The position numbers and the translations under genes were made by a program. DNA of 64,000 nt from Trichosphaerium sp. ATCC 40318 (lineage: Eukaryota > Protista > Tubulinea). Within the stretch, counting starts at the first letter, position 1; each line of letters starts with the position of its first letter. Below the pieces are notes generated by a model, which made no database searches, had not been told where the DNA came from, and was given only the letters and a program-made list of their open reading frames with translations. The stretch lies in contig JALMLS010000075.1 in assembly GCA_038496445.1 (NCBI GenBank), positions 310,001 to 374,000 of the forward strand, written 5' to 3'. Below are positions 47,181 to 59,953 of the stretch, in pieces.

Positions 47181-47727
47181 TTTTAAAAACTGTATTTATT
47201 TTCTTTATCACGTGTTATGTAGCTGCACTAGAAACGCTTTCTGTGCTGTGGGTTTTGTACGATAATTGCGGTCAACCAAATTACTATCATACGTAATTTT
47301 TGAGATGTCTGCATGACAACACTGGTGGATACCTTTGGTAAAACTGATCAATAACCAAGCTGCCATGAAGCATTGGTAGTTTATGGATGTTGATTTCTAT
47401 GGGCAGGGCATCCATCAGTTGATCTAACAGCAATCATAGACAATGGCAAATTGAAGCGCAATATACCTCTATGACATTGGTCTGGAAATATCAGATCATA
47501 TCCTATGCACAGCAGGTATATGGGAAACATGTATCGATTACTGGTCATCGCAATAGTCTAGAAATACTATTTACGAATGTAACTTAATATTGGCACCTTA
47601 AAACAGAGGAGCGCCCAGATGTAACGATTGGCTGCGTGGTATCTGCCAACTGCCATCAATGTGGGCCCTTGTAGATTGAGTAGAGGTACTACGCTCTATC
47701 GAAATGAAATATTAGAAGTATAGTTTT

Positions 47728-48438
47728 AAGCTTAGGTTCTCATTTTAGGGTAAAAGATATAAAGCCATGCTCTGAAGAAAAGTTGATACAAGGTGTGAAT
47801 TACTGGGTGGCTCATGTTCAAGAAGGTCGGTATCAAATGGAGATAAAACAACAAACTTCTCTACACTCCCATATCGATGTGTATTATACCGATCGATCGC
47901 ATGGCACCTGTTGTTAATATTGATGTGTTCCCCTCAACACTAGTCACCTTATATTTCCGATCTTGCCAGGAATGCAGAGTGAGATAAAACGATCTGTCAG
48001 TAAGTACATATTTAAATACGTTATGTAATGTGCTCCAGGTATAACACATAATACACTCACTAAAAGATACGTTCAGGATTACAGTCTTTCGCAAATACAA
48101 GAGGATATTACTTATTTTGGTTTTATTTAACAAGATGCAAATTTATCGAGTTGCGAGGAATGATCCACACTCTGATCAGAAATTTAAGGTGTGACTACGG
48201 GATAAACCAATCCATAGTGTCAGGTCAGTGTTGAGGGGGAAATACATCAATATTAACAACAGGTGCCATGCGATCGGTATAATACACATCGATATGGGAG
48301 TGTAGAGAAGTTTGTTGTTTTATCTCCATTTGATACCTGCCTTCTTGAACGTGAGCCACCCAGTAATTCACACCTTGTATCAACTTTTCTTCAGAGCATG
48401 GCTTTATATCTTTTACTCTAAAATGAGAACCTAAGCTT
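47728..48438. repeat. Inverted repeat, ~213-bp arms (47728-47941 and 48227-48438), ~285-bp spacer
   Basis: The left arm is the reverse complement of the last exon of the 48225-48623 gene, with a few substitutions, a GATC duplication and a 1-bp deletion. Confidence 0.9.
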
Positions 48439-48623
48439 GGATTATACAAAAACAACATTGCTCGTTAAAATTTTGGACAGTTTATGCTCCCGACGCTCGT
48501 ACAATATGGAGGTAATTTTTTTCTGCGACGAATGGACGCTGATGGTTGTTTATCCTCAATAACTTCTATACAATCATCAACTCCACTCTCTTGTATTGCA
48601 CGCGCTTTGGATCTTGTTAACAT
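48225..48623 (-). CDS. Small orphan protein (MLTRSKAR family), 2 exons
   Basis: MLTRSKARAIQ... joined by a probable intron to ...SLGSHFRVKDIKPCSEEKLIQGVNYW...VFPPQH*; paralog at 50419-50812. Confidence 0.5.
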
Positions 48624-50418
48624 TGGTTTTGAAATGTTTTTTGTCGAGCTTGGTTAAAAAAACGAAATGCTTAATATCTATCCTCCCAAAAAAGGTTTAG
48701 AAGCTGGTTATTGCGTAAAAGGGCATTCGTTTCGTGTACCAAGGACTTAACAACACTTTTTTTAAAAAACGAAATGTTTTGTTTCCGTTTGTTTTACAAA
48801 TGAAAAAACACATTAAAGCGTGAGCTGCTACTGGTCCGTGTTGTACTTACGAGTAAGTGTTAGATAAAGCGTTCATAAATTATTTACCTAAACGTCGCGG
48901 ATTCAAATCTCAAGAAGCCATCAGGTGATCAATATCAATATTTCCGTTGCCACGAAATTCAACAATGGCAAACCCGAAACTGTTAATGATCCGCAATATT
49001 TTAAACAAAGCCTAACAAAAAACTTTTTGAACTCACGTGATACTATGTTATTTATAATACTTACCTACTTTATGTACACCTTGAAATCCATCAAAACGTA
49101 CAGCTGAGCGCCCCATTTTTTAGTAAGTTTTTCTTCGCCAAAGCTCATCATAGTTTCCTTTTTGTTTTAAACATTTGCCGATACCGATGTTACTTAGGAT
49201 CCTACGCATGCTTAAATATAGAACAAAGCGAATCAAGCCTAATTAGAAAAAAAAAAAGATAGTTTTTGGGTTCACAAGTGCTGGTCTACCACCCACGTGA
49301 CTTTTATACTTTAGAGTGAGCATATTCTGGCTTCGCGGAAAAATAAAAAAAAAGTGTTGGATGGTTTGCAATAGTTCGTACGTTTTTTTAAACCAACGCC
49401 AGACTTCGCATTCACTGTCGAATAACAAAATTACTAACATTCACGTGCCTTTGTGCCTTTTTGTTTGTAACAGTATTTAGTTATTTTGAAAATAGTCAGC
49501 GATTAACTTGTAATTGATAATGGACTATATGGTACACAGTATAGGTGGCTTTATGACCCTGTCAATGAATCAATCAATCCTTCTTAGATAGAGTCTTTAA
49601 CACAAGCTGGCCTTCGTGTCGCCTCTTTGGGGCTGTTTTAATGGTTTGAACCACGTTGCGAAATTAGCTCCACCGAAAATCAACAAACGGTGTAGCAGAG
49701 AAGGGAATGTACTTACCAACGATAACAGGGCTATCCTCGCCTTTTTAAAAATAAAAGGTTCTTGCTTCTTGAGGCCAAGCCACCTCACTTTGTTAGGAGG
49801 CTAAAGCAGCCTTGCTGTGGGGATACCGCTTGCTTGGAATAATTCATATATTGGCAATCAGAATATCAATCAAGCGCAGAATATCACGTGCATGTTGAAG
49901 AGGTGTACGAGGTATGTATCGTATTGTTTATAATCTGTTTGATTTTATTGATTCTTAATACACTCCAGACGTGTTTATCGTGGATTTTGCTCGCCTTGAT
50001 TGTTCGTAGTTATAGATCGAATTAAATAAACGAAATCACGCAAAAAAAGGAAGTACTAGTGTCAAATTCGCGCAATGCTGCGCTTTTCATGTCTACATGA
50101 CACCTGGTGTCTTTTTAAAGGTATTCGTAGGATTAAGGTATATCGTATAAAGTTGTATTTCCAAATTGGGAGTTTGCTTAGTCATGGTTGTTACTTCAAG
50201 ACTACCTAAGATTCAGACACTTGAGATACCCACGTGTTGACAATGCTAATAGCGTGTAGTAAACCATAAAAAATTCAATAAGAAGATTACCAGTCGTGAA
50301 GGCGTTTCAAGTGTTTTGCCGTTTATCTTTTTTTTTTGAAGTTTTTTTTGACATATATAATTCATTCAATCCTGAGCAAGAGGCGACCGCGACCAGAAAA
50401 AACTTGTACATATAAGTT

Positions 50419-50812
50419 TCAGTTCAACGATTGTGGTGGGAATACATAAACTGTAGCAAGAGGGGCAGTTCTACCTCGATAAAAAACACCAACGTGGGAC
50501 ATCAAGGATGTCTCTGTTTTCTCTTCTAGCTGGAACTTTCCGTCTCTCGTGTTCATTGTGAAGTAGTTCACGCCCCGTATTAAGGTTTCATAATAGCAGG
50601 GCTGGACATCTTTCAGTCTAAAGGTATAACCTAGACTTTGAGTTAACCAATTTTTTTCTGTTAAACCTTTTAGTAGGCATGTTACAACAAAGAGCACTCA
50701 CCAAGGCCGCCATATTTTTCTTTACGGATAACGGGAACACTAGGGGTTTATCTTTATCAACAGCTTCTTTGGGTTTAACTGGCTGAGCTCTTGCTTTTGC
50801 ACGTGTCAGCAT
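50419..50812 (-). pseudogene. Paralog of the MLTRSKAR protein with an apparent 1-nt frameshift (or sequencing error)
   Basis: MLTRAKARAQ... and SLGYTFRLKDVQPCYYETLIRGVNYF...VFPPQSLN*. The splice phase only fits if one C is missing from the run at ~50743-50746. Confidence 0.45.
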
Positions 50813-52837
50813 AACTTTTGAATAAGTTTGAGGTTGTAACCCAAAAAAAAAAGAAGACATCCCTTAATTACAATATCCTCCCAAGAAGATCCTAAGAAGT
50901 CTTCAGCTTGTTTTTAATCAATTACAAGCCGTTTTAAGGTTCTTAGGGCGTTAAACTTCCAAGTAAAACAAGAAAAAAAAAATTCATTAGAAGCATTATA
51001 GACCACTTGTAGGTACGAGTACATGAAGATCGAGGAGCTCAACTATTACGTGGCTGATGTTATAACTCTTCTGTCTAGGATTGTGTAGTCCTAACAACTG
51101 CTGAAGGTGTCGGTCTATTGAATCAGGTGCCAATTAAATGATTCTGTGTAGAATTATTTATCGTAGTAGCTGGTGGCTTCTATGACCACTTACAAACGTC
51201 AAAAGCAGGTAATCATTAATTCTATTTTCTACAACACCAATGACAAAATCTTCATTAATTTGATCATGTAACCTCACTATTCTTGCGTGAAAATAGAAAG
51301 CAACAATTGTAAAGTGCTTGTTATGGCATAAAACCCTCTGACAGCAATTACAATCGTAACAACTTCGAAATTTGTTTAAAAGTGTTAATGCAATAATGTA
51401 GTGCTGCACGGCCGTATCAACACAACCACGTGCTTTAAAACTCGATTTTCTGAAAAAAAAAAGAAAAATTGTTTTATTGCTTTTGTTACTTCACTGTCGC
51501 CCTGACGTAAAAAATCACGTGCCTTGGCAAAGGTCCTTGTTTTCCTTTTTGACAAAAAAACTGCTTCGAATTTCTTTTTTTTTTTATTTTCGAATGTCTA
51601 TCCTTTCATCTATTGTTAATTTCTAACCTAGCGTATTCGAAAACTCGTTGCCTATTAAAGGAAACTCACTTGAACAGTGAAGTGTACATGTGGAGTGAAT
51701 CTAAGAACACAAAAGCCAAAACAGAAGTGTCCTTGTATTTTGGTTGTATTCCTTCGTAGTTCACAGATGTTCCTAAATTAGCAATAAACGTAGTGCCTCA
51801 ACCACCGTTGATGTAGATATCGGCGCTCATACGTATTAGTGCGTAAATAGATAAAAATCTTTTTTACAACATTTGATTTTACTTATTTTAGGAAAAGGGT
51901 AGGCCGTAGGTATGTAAGCAATGACCTGTACCAACGAAAATAATGAGGTGGCTCCATAGAAAAACTTAGATATAGGATAAAGCTTTTGAAGCTGGTTCAC
52001 GTGACCTCCACGTGATTAAGATGGTCTAAACGTACATTATACAGTAGATGTAATTTTTTGAAAACTAACAATTTGTACCCCTAAGAATGGACCAATGGTA
52101 CATATCCTAACGTTGATAGTCGATTCTCTTGGCGTAATAAAAAAACTGCGAACCTTTACGCAATCTTTCTATATCCTCGTTTGCTTTAGTACAAATAGCT
52201 TCTTACGTAACGAAATCTGACACCGACAACTTTGAAGACAACGCAGATTGTGACTTATCATAGTTTTTACCAAAACGTATCCTCTCACTTCTTCGTGAGC
52301 ACGAAGAATACACGAGAGCTATGGACACCAAATGTCTAACCGACATCAATAATTAACTTTCATTTCGGAAAACTAGTACGCGTACCTCGTATATCTTATC
52401 AATCAAACTTGAACGAGATTGAGTAAAATTTGTTGAGTGACTTTAAATGGATTTTGGATAGCAAAACCCAGTTTTGCCCAACTAAGCAAAAAACAATCAA
52501 CTCAACAAGAGAAACACAACACCTCTAATACTTTACAAACAATAAAATGTCATCAAGCGCTTCCCTACTTGCGACATACAGAGCGGAAAAATATTATTAT
52601 CTAGGAGAGAGACATTGTAAGTAGCTTTCACCAAATTTTTCGATCAAAAAAAACCACAGTAAAAAATCAATCAAACAAATCTTCAAAACGGAAACTAGCC
52701 CTCCACCATTTTACCTAGGATTTGCCTACAAAAAACATTTCCACAAGCGTTTACGGGTGTTTCCGAGCTGCGGATTCTTTTTTTTTTGGAGAATTTTTCT
52801 AATGTAGACAGTATTTTGACGTTATACTAAGTATACT

Positions 52838-53131
52838 ATGCAAAAGAAAAGGAGTAGATATGGGATGTTTTGGGGATGCTCTAATTTCGACCAGACAGGT
52901 TGTAGAGGACTTATACCTATCGACACAAAGAACGGTGTTTCGCACGCCAGAAAACAGGAGTTGGAAGAAACACCTTTTCCTGAGCTTCAGGCAGAAGGCC
53001 AACTTCATCTGTTAACCGTAAAGAAATTACGAGAGTATTGTAGAGAGAATGGTATTCGTATAGGTGGTAACAAACCTGTACTACTTGAGCGTATCACTCA
53101 ACATCTTAATTCTAAGAAATTAAGTAAATAA
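52838..53131 (+). CDS. Topoisomerase-type C4 zinc-ribbon half plus SAP domain; possible upstream exon from ATG 52547
   Basis: RSRYGMFWGCSNFDQTGC; LHLLTVKKLREYCRENGIRIGGNKPVLLERITQHL (SAP consensus). Confidence 0.65.
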   Translation: MQKKRSRYGMFWGCSNFDQTGCRGLIPIDTKNGVSHARKQELEETPFPELQAEGQLHLLTVKKLREYCRENGIRIGGNKPVLLERITQHLNSKKLSK

Positions 53132-53804
53132 TTGTATTTGTAAATAAAATTGTAGCGTTTCTATGTATTCATTTACTTCAGTTAAATCAGAAAACTGATA
53201 TAGCCGAGTAACTCAGCATTTACATCGAGCTAACAATGTGAGTTTGACAATGATATCTGACCACTAAAGGAACATATATTTCGACGAAATGCAGCCTACT
53301 GCTTTTGGTAGTCATTTGATTAAACCACGTCAATGTAACTAAATGTGTCTAAAACAAACATGAAAGTTCTGTAAATGTTTAATAGGGTTGTTTAGCTGTA
53401 GTAGAAGCCATGACAAAAATGTGACATGCTATGAACAAAAGCCTGTTTAAGACTGCTTGTTTCTCGAGGTGTCTGGCTATCACGGTCCTTTATATCCCTA
53501 GATACAACGTGATCACAGCCTATCTTCACGTGGGATGAAAACTGTTCACTAAGAAGTGTTAGGGCTAAAATTTTTTAAAACATTTTACCATGTCATGAGC
53601 TTCTTACAAATACTACAGGTACCTTTCACTTTAGATATCATATTCAAAATTATCTGCTTACGGCAACTAAGAAATTCGTTAACAAAACAACATTATACAG
53701 TCACAGTTCCCGAACGAAGAGTGACATTAGTCAATGTTGACGTTGATAATTGAAAGGTAATACAAGTACATGCTTATAAATGAACAGTATATACATGATT
53801 TTTT

Positions 53805-54002
53805 TTATGTACCTCCTACTGGTGTACGACAAATAGGGCAGTTAGGTCTAGTGTTGACCAAACAATCGTGGCAGAATGTATTTTCGCATGTCTCGTGTGT
53901 GACTGGGTCGGTAAATAGCTCATAGCATATAGGACACATTAATTCCTCGTCTGTCGTTTCTAATGGATCAAATAAAGGAGTTGTAGTAAAGGAAGCCATC
54001 AT
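53805..54002 (-). CDS. RING-finger protein (may continue past a donor at ~53810)
   Basis: CPICYELFTDPVTHETCENTFCHDCL...CPICR. Confidence 0.7.
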   Translation of the reverse strand: MMASFTTTPLFDPLETTDEELMCPICYELFTDPVTHETCENTFCHDCLVNTRPNCPICRTPVGGT

Positions 54003-54303
54003 GCTGGGAGAGAAAGTAAAAACTAAACTAGTTTATCAAATTTATTTCGCAAAAAAGTAAACGACATTTCTTCGATTGGACGCTTCGTCGAGAAATAAAA
54101 CATTTACTAGTAAAGGAGCCAAGCAATTTATTCAATGTATAATTTCAAAGCTTATTCACGTAGCCAGACTAGCTAGATCATAGTGTTTGAACCAGGTGTA
54201 TAAGGAAGAGTTTATTGAGAAGTCTTTGCAATGTACAACTTTTATTATGATTTGGACACGGTTGCTCTATTTTTTTTGGTACATACGTTACATTTAAAAG
54301 TTA

Positions 54304-55376
54304 TTATAGGTATGTTACAACACCTGGGGGCATTCTAGGGTACCATTGATCTGTTACTCTTTGGTATATACTAGGCTCAATCACAAGGTCAAAAATAATG
54401 TCGAAAATCTCCCTTGGTAACACTCCAAAATTAGAACTCTCTTCGTAATAACCAATAAACAATATACGTAATACATTCCAATGTTCAGTCAATACAACAG
54501 AATTCCTGATTTTACGCAAATAACGTTTCTTTCTGCTCACTAATAACTTGTGTCTTTTTCCTCTCAAGTGTTGAATAAGCTGCTTTGTCGTGTAACACGT
54601 TACCCTACATTCATCGCATCCATTGTGAGTACCTCTTGAATAATTGTATCTACAAGACGTATTTTTTACCTTGCACGTGTACGAAGGGGATGTATGTTGT
54701 TCCCAACATAATACACATTTTGTTTCTTTCTTTTTTGGTTTTGGACCATGTATTGCTTCCACGTGCTCTTGAATAGATTTAATCGAAGTACAGGTCACTG
54801 TCTTTCGAGGTAAGCATAACGGACACGGATCTGTTTTACATTCATTGTACCATTGTAAAGGGTCCGTTTGCTAAGACGTTTGGTTATCCTACGCGCACAA
54901 ATGTTGTATTGTTTGTTGTTGAGTGTAATTGTTTTGAATACATTAACATGGTATCTTTCGTATCTCCTCCGTCTGATGGGATCTGCAAAGCCAAAAATAC
55001 GTGCACAATCATTAGAGAGATGCTGTGTACCTTCTAAGAACTCTTTTGATGCTGAACATACGTGTACAAACTCAGAACCGAATAACTTTGTCCAGTTATC
55101 TTTTACAAACTGTATGCGAGACTGGATATCAAACTTTGGAGTGTTGTAAACTTTTATCCATTTATCATCTCCCGCTGCTCCTTTGAACCCAGGGCCGTTT
55201 AAAATAATAGTATTATAAGAGCAAACTTGTATTTGGTAGAATACGCTTGCGTGGTATTGAGGACCTGGGTAGTCAACGAGTAATATAGAGCTTCGCATCA
55301 TGGTACGGTACGTAACCTCGTTTTGAATGCAACACTCGAGTTTCAATGAAGGTTTTTCAACGAGTAATATGGACAT
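54304..55376 (-). CDS. Zinc-finger protein with C-terminal F-box-like motif; the two track ORFs are joined by intron 54871-54941
   Basis: CPLC...HVEAIH; CDECRVTCYTTKQLIQHLRGKRH; C-terminal FGVLPREIFDIIFDLV. Start codon uncertain. Confidence 0.55.
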
Positions 55377-57017
55377 TACCAGTGTGCCCAAACAATATTG
55401 AGATACTTAACCCTCTTAATGAGAGTCAAAATGAAAGCTTAACGGCCTGACATACTTATTATTAGGGGAGCACCAGCTATTAATGGAAGAAGGGCATAAT
55501 GAAATTGCATGACGCATCACAAAACCATACGCACGTGACTTTTTTTTTTTACCTAAAACTTTGAAGATGTCATCTATGCCGTAATGTTACCACAAGCCCA
55601 TATTTAGGCGTTAATGCGATTGCGTCGCAGGTAGCATTATACGTATTTTTAGTGCACAGGAACGCTATTTCTCAACCTCTGCAACAGTAAAAAATCTCAG
55701 TCTTTTTGAGCAAAAGCTACCTGAAAAATTTAGCAAGTGCAACTACAACATAATGAACGTTAGATCAGTTCTTCTGAGATCCCAATCTGCAACTACGACG
55801 TTCTTTGGGAGGTAAGGAACACATCTGTCCCTGACAGATAGCTCAGGCGCAGAGCGAGCGTGTGTGGTTTATTTACATAGCGAACACGTTCGCAAATGAA
55901 AAGAAAAATGTACAAAAAACATAAAAAGAATTTTTAAAAAAAAAAATTTTTAGGGTGCGGTGGGAGGGTGATTTCTACTCGCTATCTGAAGAGTTGTTGT
56001 TGTTATTGCTGTCAATTTGTCGTCGGATCTCTGGTCTATCCTGTTCAAACGTCTGAAATGTGCTTCATGTTCAGTCATTATCTCGGATCTTTTTAATGAA
56101 AGCGCTGTTAGTGTATCTTGTATGATACCTCGTATGGTAAAACTCATGAGCCACAAATAAAGGTGAAATCGTTGTGTTTCGTTTTGAGGTAAGTTCACGT
56201 GCGCAAAACTGCAATTTATTTAGTAAAAGAAAACAAACAAGTACTTGATGTAACTTAAGTTAGGCAAACGATCCCTACAGTACATCAGGCCCAGTAGAAG
56301 GGTAATTAGTTTTATCTAAATCATTGATGCCTTTTTCTTTGCTTCAACATTTATGTCGTACTTACTCACATCTTAGGAATTTACCATTCATAGGACATAT
56401 CACAATCATGAATTATTTTCCTTCACTTCAAATTCGCCCTTATTAGCGTTCTGGGTTTGTTTGTAATTATTAACCGCGAGTGAAATACAATTTATTCAAA
56501 GTACTGGCACCTTTATTGCTAGTTCCTTTTTTTTTCTTGTGCATAGTTGACAGTAGAGTTATAGCCAGATACAAAAAAAAAATTCTTAACTTGTGTTGCT
56601 ATTAAACATCCACTCTAAAATCAAGCCAAGTGTCTAAACCCACATACACGTGCGATTTGTTTGTTTTGAATTTCAGTATTAAATTTGAAGACGCTTCCTT
56701 ATTGTTTGCTTCATATTGGAGGCTAATTGTGTACTCATAACTGTTAAGGACACTGATCCCCAAATTCGTGTTTTGTTTCTATATTTTATGTAGTTTTATT
56801 GTTATTTCAGCGAAATTCTCTTCAGTACATTTCGTCTGACTAATTCTCGTTTTCGCTTTTTTCACCATAAAAGCGAGTTGCAAACTGTGTTCTCTTCTTA
56901 AAAAGGAATCACCACAAGCAAATTCGCGTGGAAGGAACGTTTTAAACAGTTTAATACAACCATATGCCCGAAGGCAGTACAATAACTTCCAACCCGAATA
57001 AAACATTAAAAAACGCC

Positions 57018-57743
57018 ATGAGACTATCAGATTTACCAGTAGAGCTTCATTTATGCATTTGCGAAACTAGCGCGGAAATCTACAAGCTGTGGCCCATTCT
57101 ATGCAAGAAAACAGCTACAACTAGTAGGCACGATAAACGATTAAACAAACACGGAACCTTTAAATCGTTTAACACCGAAACGGGTCGGGTAGTTAAGCAA
57201 GGATCCTTTAAGCATGGCAAAGAAAATGGTGTTTTTAAAAAATGGTCTGATGACGGACAGCTTGAATGTAAATGTAGATATAAGAAGGGTGTACTTGATG
57301 GTACGTTTCGTAAATGGACAGAGGGCGTATTAGCAGCAGAATTAAAGTACAACAAAGGTGTACTTTCGGGTCGAAAAGAATACGAAGAAGGAAATATTGT
57401 CAAGTCCATAAAATACTCCACAGGCAAGGACGGTGTAAAACGTGGCCTTTACAAAGAATGGTATACAAATGGTAACCAAAAAGCGGAGCATACTCTCGTT
57501 AACGGACAGATGGAAGGAATGATAAAGAAGTGGTATCCGAACGGACATTTGAGGGTTGTTCATTTTTATAAAGACGCAATGTATTATGGAAAGTTTGAGA
57601 GTTGGTATGACAATGGTAACAAGCAGAAAGAAGCTTATTATAAGAAAGACTTACTAGATGGAGAGTATAAAACATGGTCACGTGATGGTGAGGCCACAGG
57701 TGTATACTGGTATAAACGAGGCAAGAAAGTAAGGGTCGAGTAG
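57018..57743 (+). CDS. F-box-like N-terminus plus MORN-variant repeats; intronless relative of 29981-30829
   Basis: MRLSDLPVELHLCIC; IYKLWPILCKKTATT vs IYLKWTPLSKHTATT in the other copy; repeats GxxKxWYxNG. Confidence 0.8.
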   Translation: MRLSDLPVELHLCICETSAEIYKLWPILCKKTATTSRHDKRLNKHGTFKSFNTETGRVVKQGSFKHGKENGVFKKWSDDGQLECKCRYKKGVLDGTFRKWTEGVLAAELKYNKGVLSGRKEYEEGNIVKSIKYSTGKDGVKRGLYKEWYTNGNQKAEHTLVNGQMEGMIKKWYPNGHLRVVHFYKDAMYYGKFESWYDNGNKQKEAYYKKDLLDGEYKTWSRDGEATGVYWYKRGKKVRVE

Positions 57744-57847
57744 CGAAAAAATGATTTCCAAATAATTGTGTTGTAAATAAAACGTTTTAGTATAAGTGTA
57801 CCAGGTTATTAGTACTACAATCTATACACATACATTTACGTCCTGTA

Positions 57848-59850
57848 TCACAAGCCTAGTTCCTTTTCATAAGCTTCAAGTTGTGCCCTAAATCCATGAT
57901 TTGGATTCACTACAAACAGTTTATTAGTTCAAGGCTATTGTAGCAAAACTTGACTTTACCGATAGGTCTTCTTGAAACCAAGTGTTCCAACGCTTTTGCT
58001 AGTGTCATGTTCTTTATTTTCATCAAGTACGCTGCAATGCATGAAGCTGAACGAGACACACCCGCTTGACTGTAACACTTTGTTAATAAACCAAGTTTCA
58101 ACCAGAGCTTGAAATAACGTACCAGTGTACAAGCATTGTTCCTTTATTGGATAATACCTTATCCATGAATTCTATCGCTTCTTCAAATCGACATTTAATA
58201 TCAACATGTGGTAGATCCAATAAATCTGACAGAACAGTTGTTATTATGGCTTAGCTTAATACGTACAAAAACTCACCCAGTATTTTGTATGTGAACTCTT
58301 CTTTGAATACCACGTGATCTGCGAATTGTGCAGCGTTTAGTACATGTGTTATACCAAGCCCTTTTAGAGCCTTAATATTAGAGGCAGCATCAAACCCACC
58401 CAAGTATAGTCCCTTATCGTTATTAGCATTGAAACCAAGCAGAAAAAAATAGTCAAAAGGTATTTATACAAACCTTTAATATCTCATCCGGCATGCTTCG
58501 CTTCCAATCATTGAAATGTTTAGACTCAGCAAATCCTTCAGGAACATTTACAAATCTATTTCTAGAGCATTTTAACGATTTCAAACGGTTGTATGTCTGT
58601 TTTGATAAAGGAGGCAGATGATCAATGATATTATCGTCTATGGACACAAGAACCAGACTCTGCATAGTCAATAACCCTTCGTCTATAGATTTAATTTTAT
58701 TCCTTGATGCTAGAAATGATTCAAGTTCTGATAGTGTTGTTAAATCTGGTAATTCCTGAATGCCATTCTCGCTACAATAAAATTTAGAAATAAAAAGCGA
58801 ATACAGTCACTACATTATATTTTAAAAAGCTGATACACCTTGTAGTGTTTAATATTGTGTAAAGTATATCAATAAATTTGATTTCTGTTCGCTTTCAGGA
58901 AGGCCTTGGCAGAAAAAAACCAATTAAAGAAAAACAATGTTACCTTATATCTATTTGTCTCAAGTGTTTTAGATTAGCCATCCACCCAGGTAAACTCGTA
59001 AGATTATTATGAGCTAACATCAAACACCTCAAATCAGTGCACTCTTCTAAAGCATCAACAGAACTTATATTGTTTCCTGACGCTTCTAGTTGTGTTAAAC
59101 TTTGTATTTTTACTAGCTTCGAAAGTTGATTGTTACTGACTTTTAACAGAGTCAGGGACGTTAGTCGCCGAAGAGGATCAAGACCTAACTGAAAGTAAGA
59201 CTACAAGGAAAAGAATAAATCAATACTCTGTATGTTGTTATCGCCTGCACTCAGCGATCGTAATGACACTGGTAAAGTCTCTGGAAGCTCTTTTAATTTG
59301 CAATTATTAACAGCAAGTGCTGTTAAGTGAATTACGCTGAAAAATCGGTTATTTGATTTACGTCGTTTTGTGTTTGCATACCCTGAGAAGTCAGGACACG
59401 TTCTTAGGTTGTTTCCGCTTAAATGCAACGTTTTTAACCTTGTTGCATCAGCCAATTTACTGACATCTGTTATATCATTGCTACACAGCGATAACGACGT
59501 TAAACTACTCTTGGGTGAGTAGTTTTACAAGTGTGATTGCTGTTGGTTACCTTTGAAGCGAAAAAATTGATTTTGGCACTTCGGTTAAGTTGTTGGAGTC
59601 CAGATTCAACACAGATAGGTTAGTAAACGCGTCAAGAGGCGGAATCTGGCATATTAAATTTCCAGAAAGGTTAATCTGCTCCCAAACCTACAAAACAGAT
59701 TAGCTTTAGTTGCAATCATACTTTAGGTACATCTGCTTTATTTTCGAGTTGTTTTGGCCATTCAGGATAACTTCCATTCGCCAAAGTAAATGCCTTACTC
59801 CGCAGTCTGCGTTGTATTTGCATAGCGACGTATTGATCATCAACTGCCAT
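57848..59850 (-). CDS. Leucine-rich-repeat dual-specificity phosphatase (MPL-like)
   Basis: Multiple LxxLxLxxN repeats; GLYLGG, THVLNAA, and catalytic HCQAGVSRSA restored across the intron at ~58071-58122; AAYLM, NPNHGF. Confidence 0.88.
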
Positions 59851-59953
59851 GTTAACTAGAGTTTTAGGTGTTAACATTAAGCGGACGTTGACTTGGCATT
59901 TCAAGCAAACATTGGTACACAACTAACCACAGCTGAATGATTTGACATCCTAC

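Noticed and set aside
51667-51830. Short minus-strand frame with an in-frame TGA (MSADIYINGG*GTTF...), possible selenoprotein or recoding
   Set aside because: No redox motif, SECIS or recognisable family; other genes here use TGA as stop.
54795-54798. 4-nt stop/start overlap of two ORFs suggesting operon-style coupling or a programmed frameshift
   Set aside because: A GT-AG intron at 54871-54941 joins them in frame, and the second ORF's start is only a GTG.
55555-55870. Slightly GC-richer non-coding stretch, possible structured ncRNA
   Set aside because: No snRNA, snoRNA, SRP or RNase P/MRP motif recognised; needs a covariance-model search.
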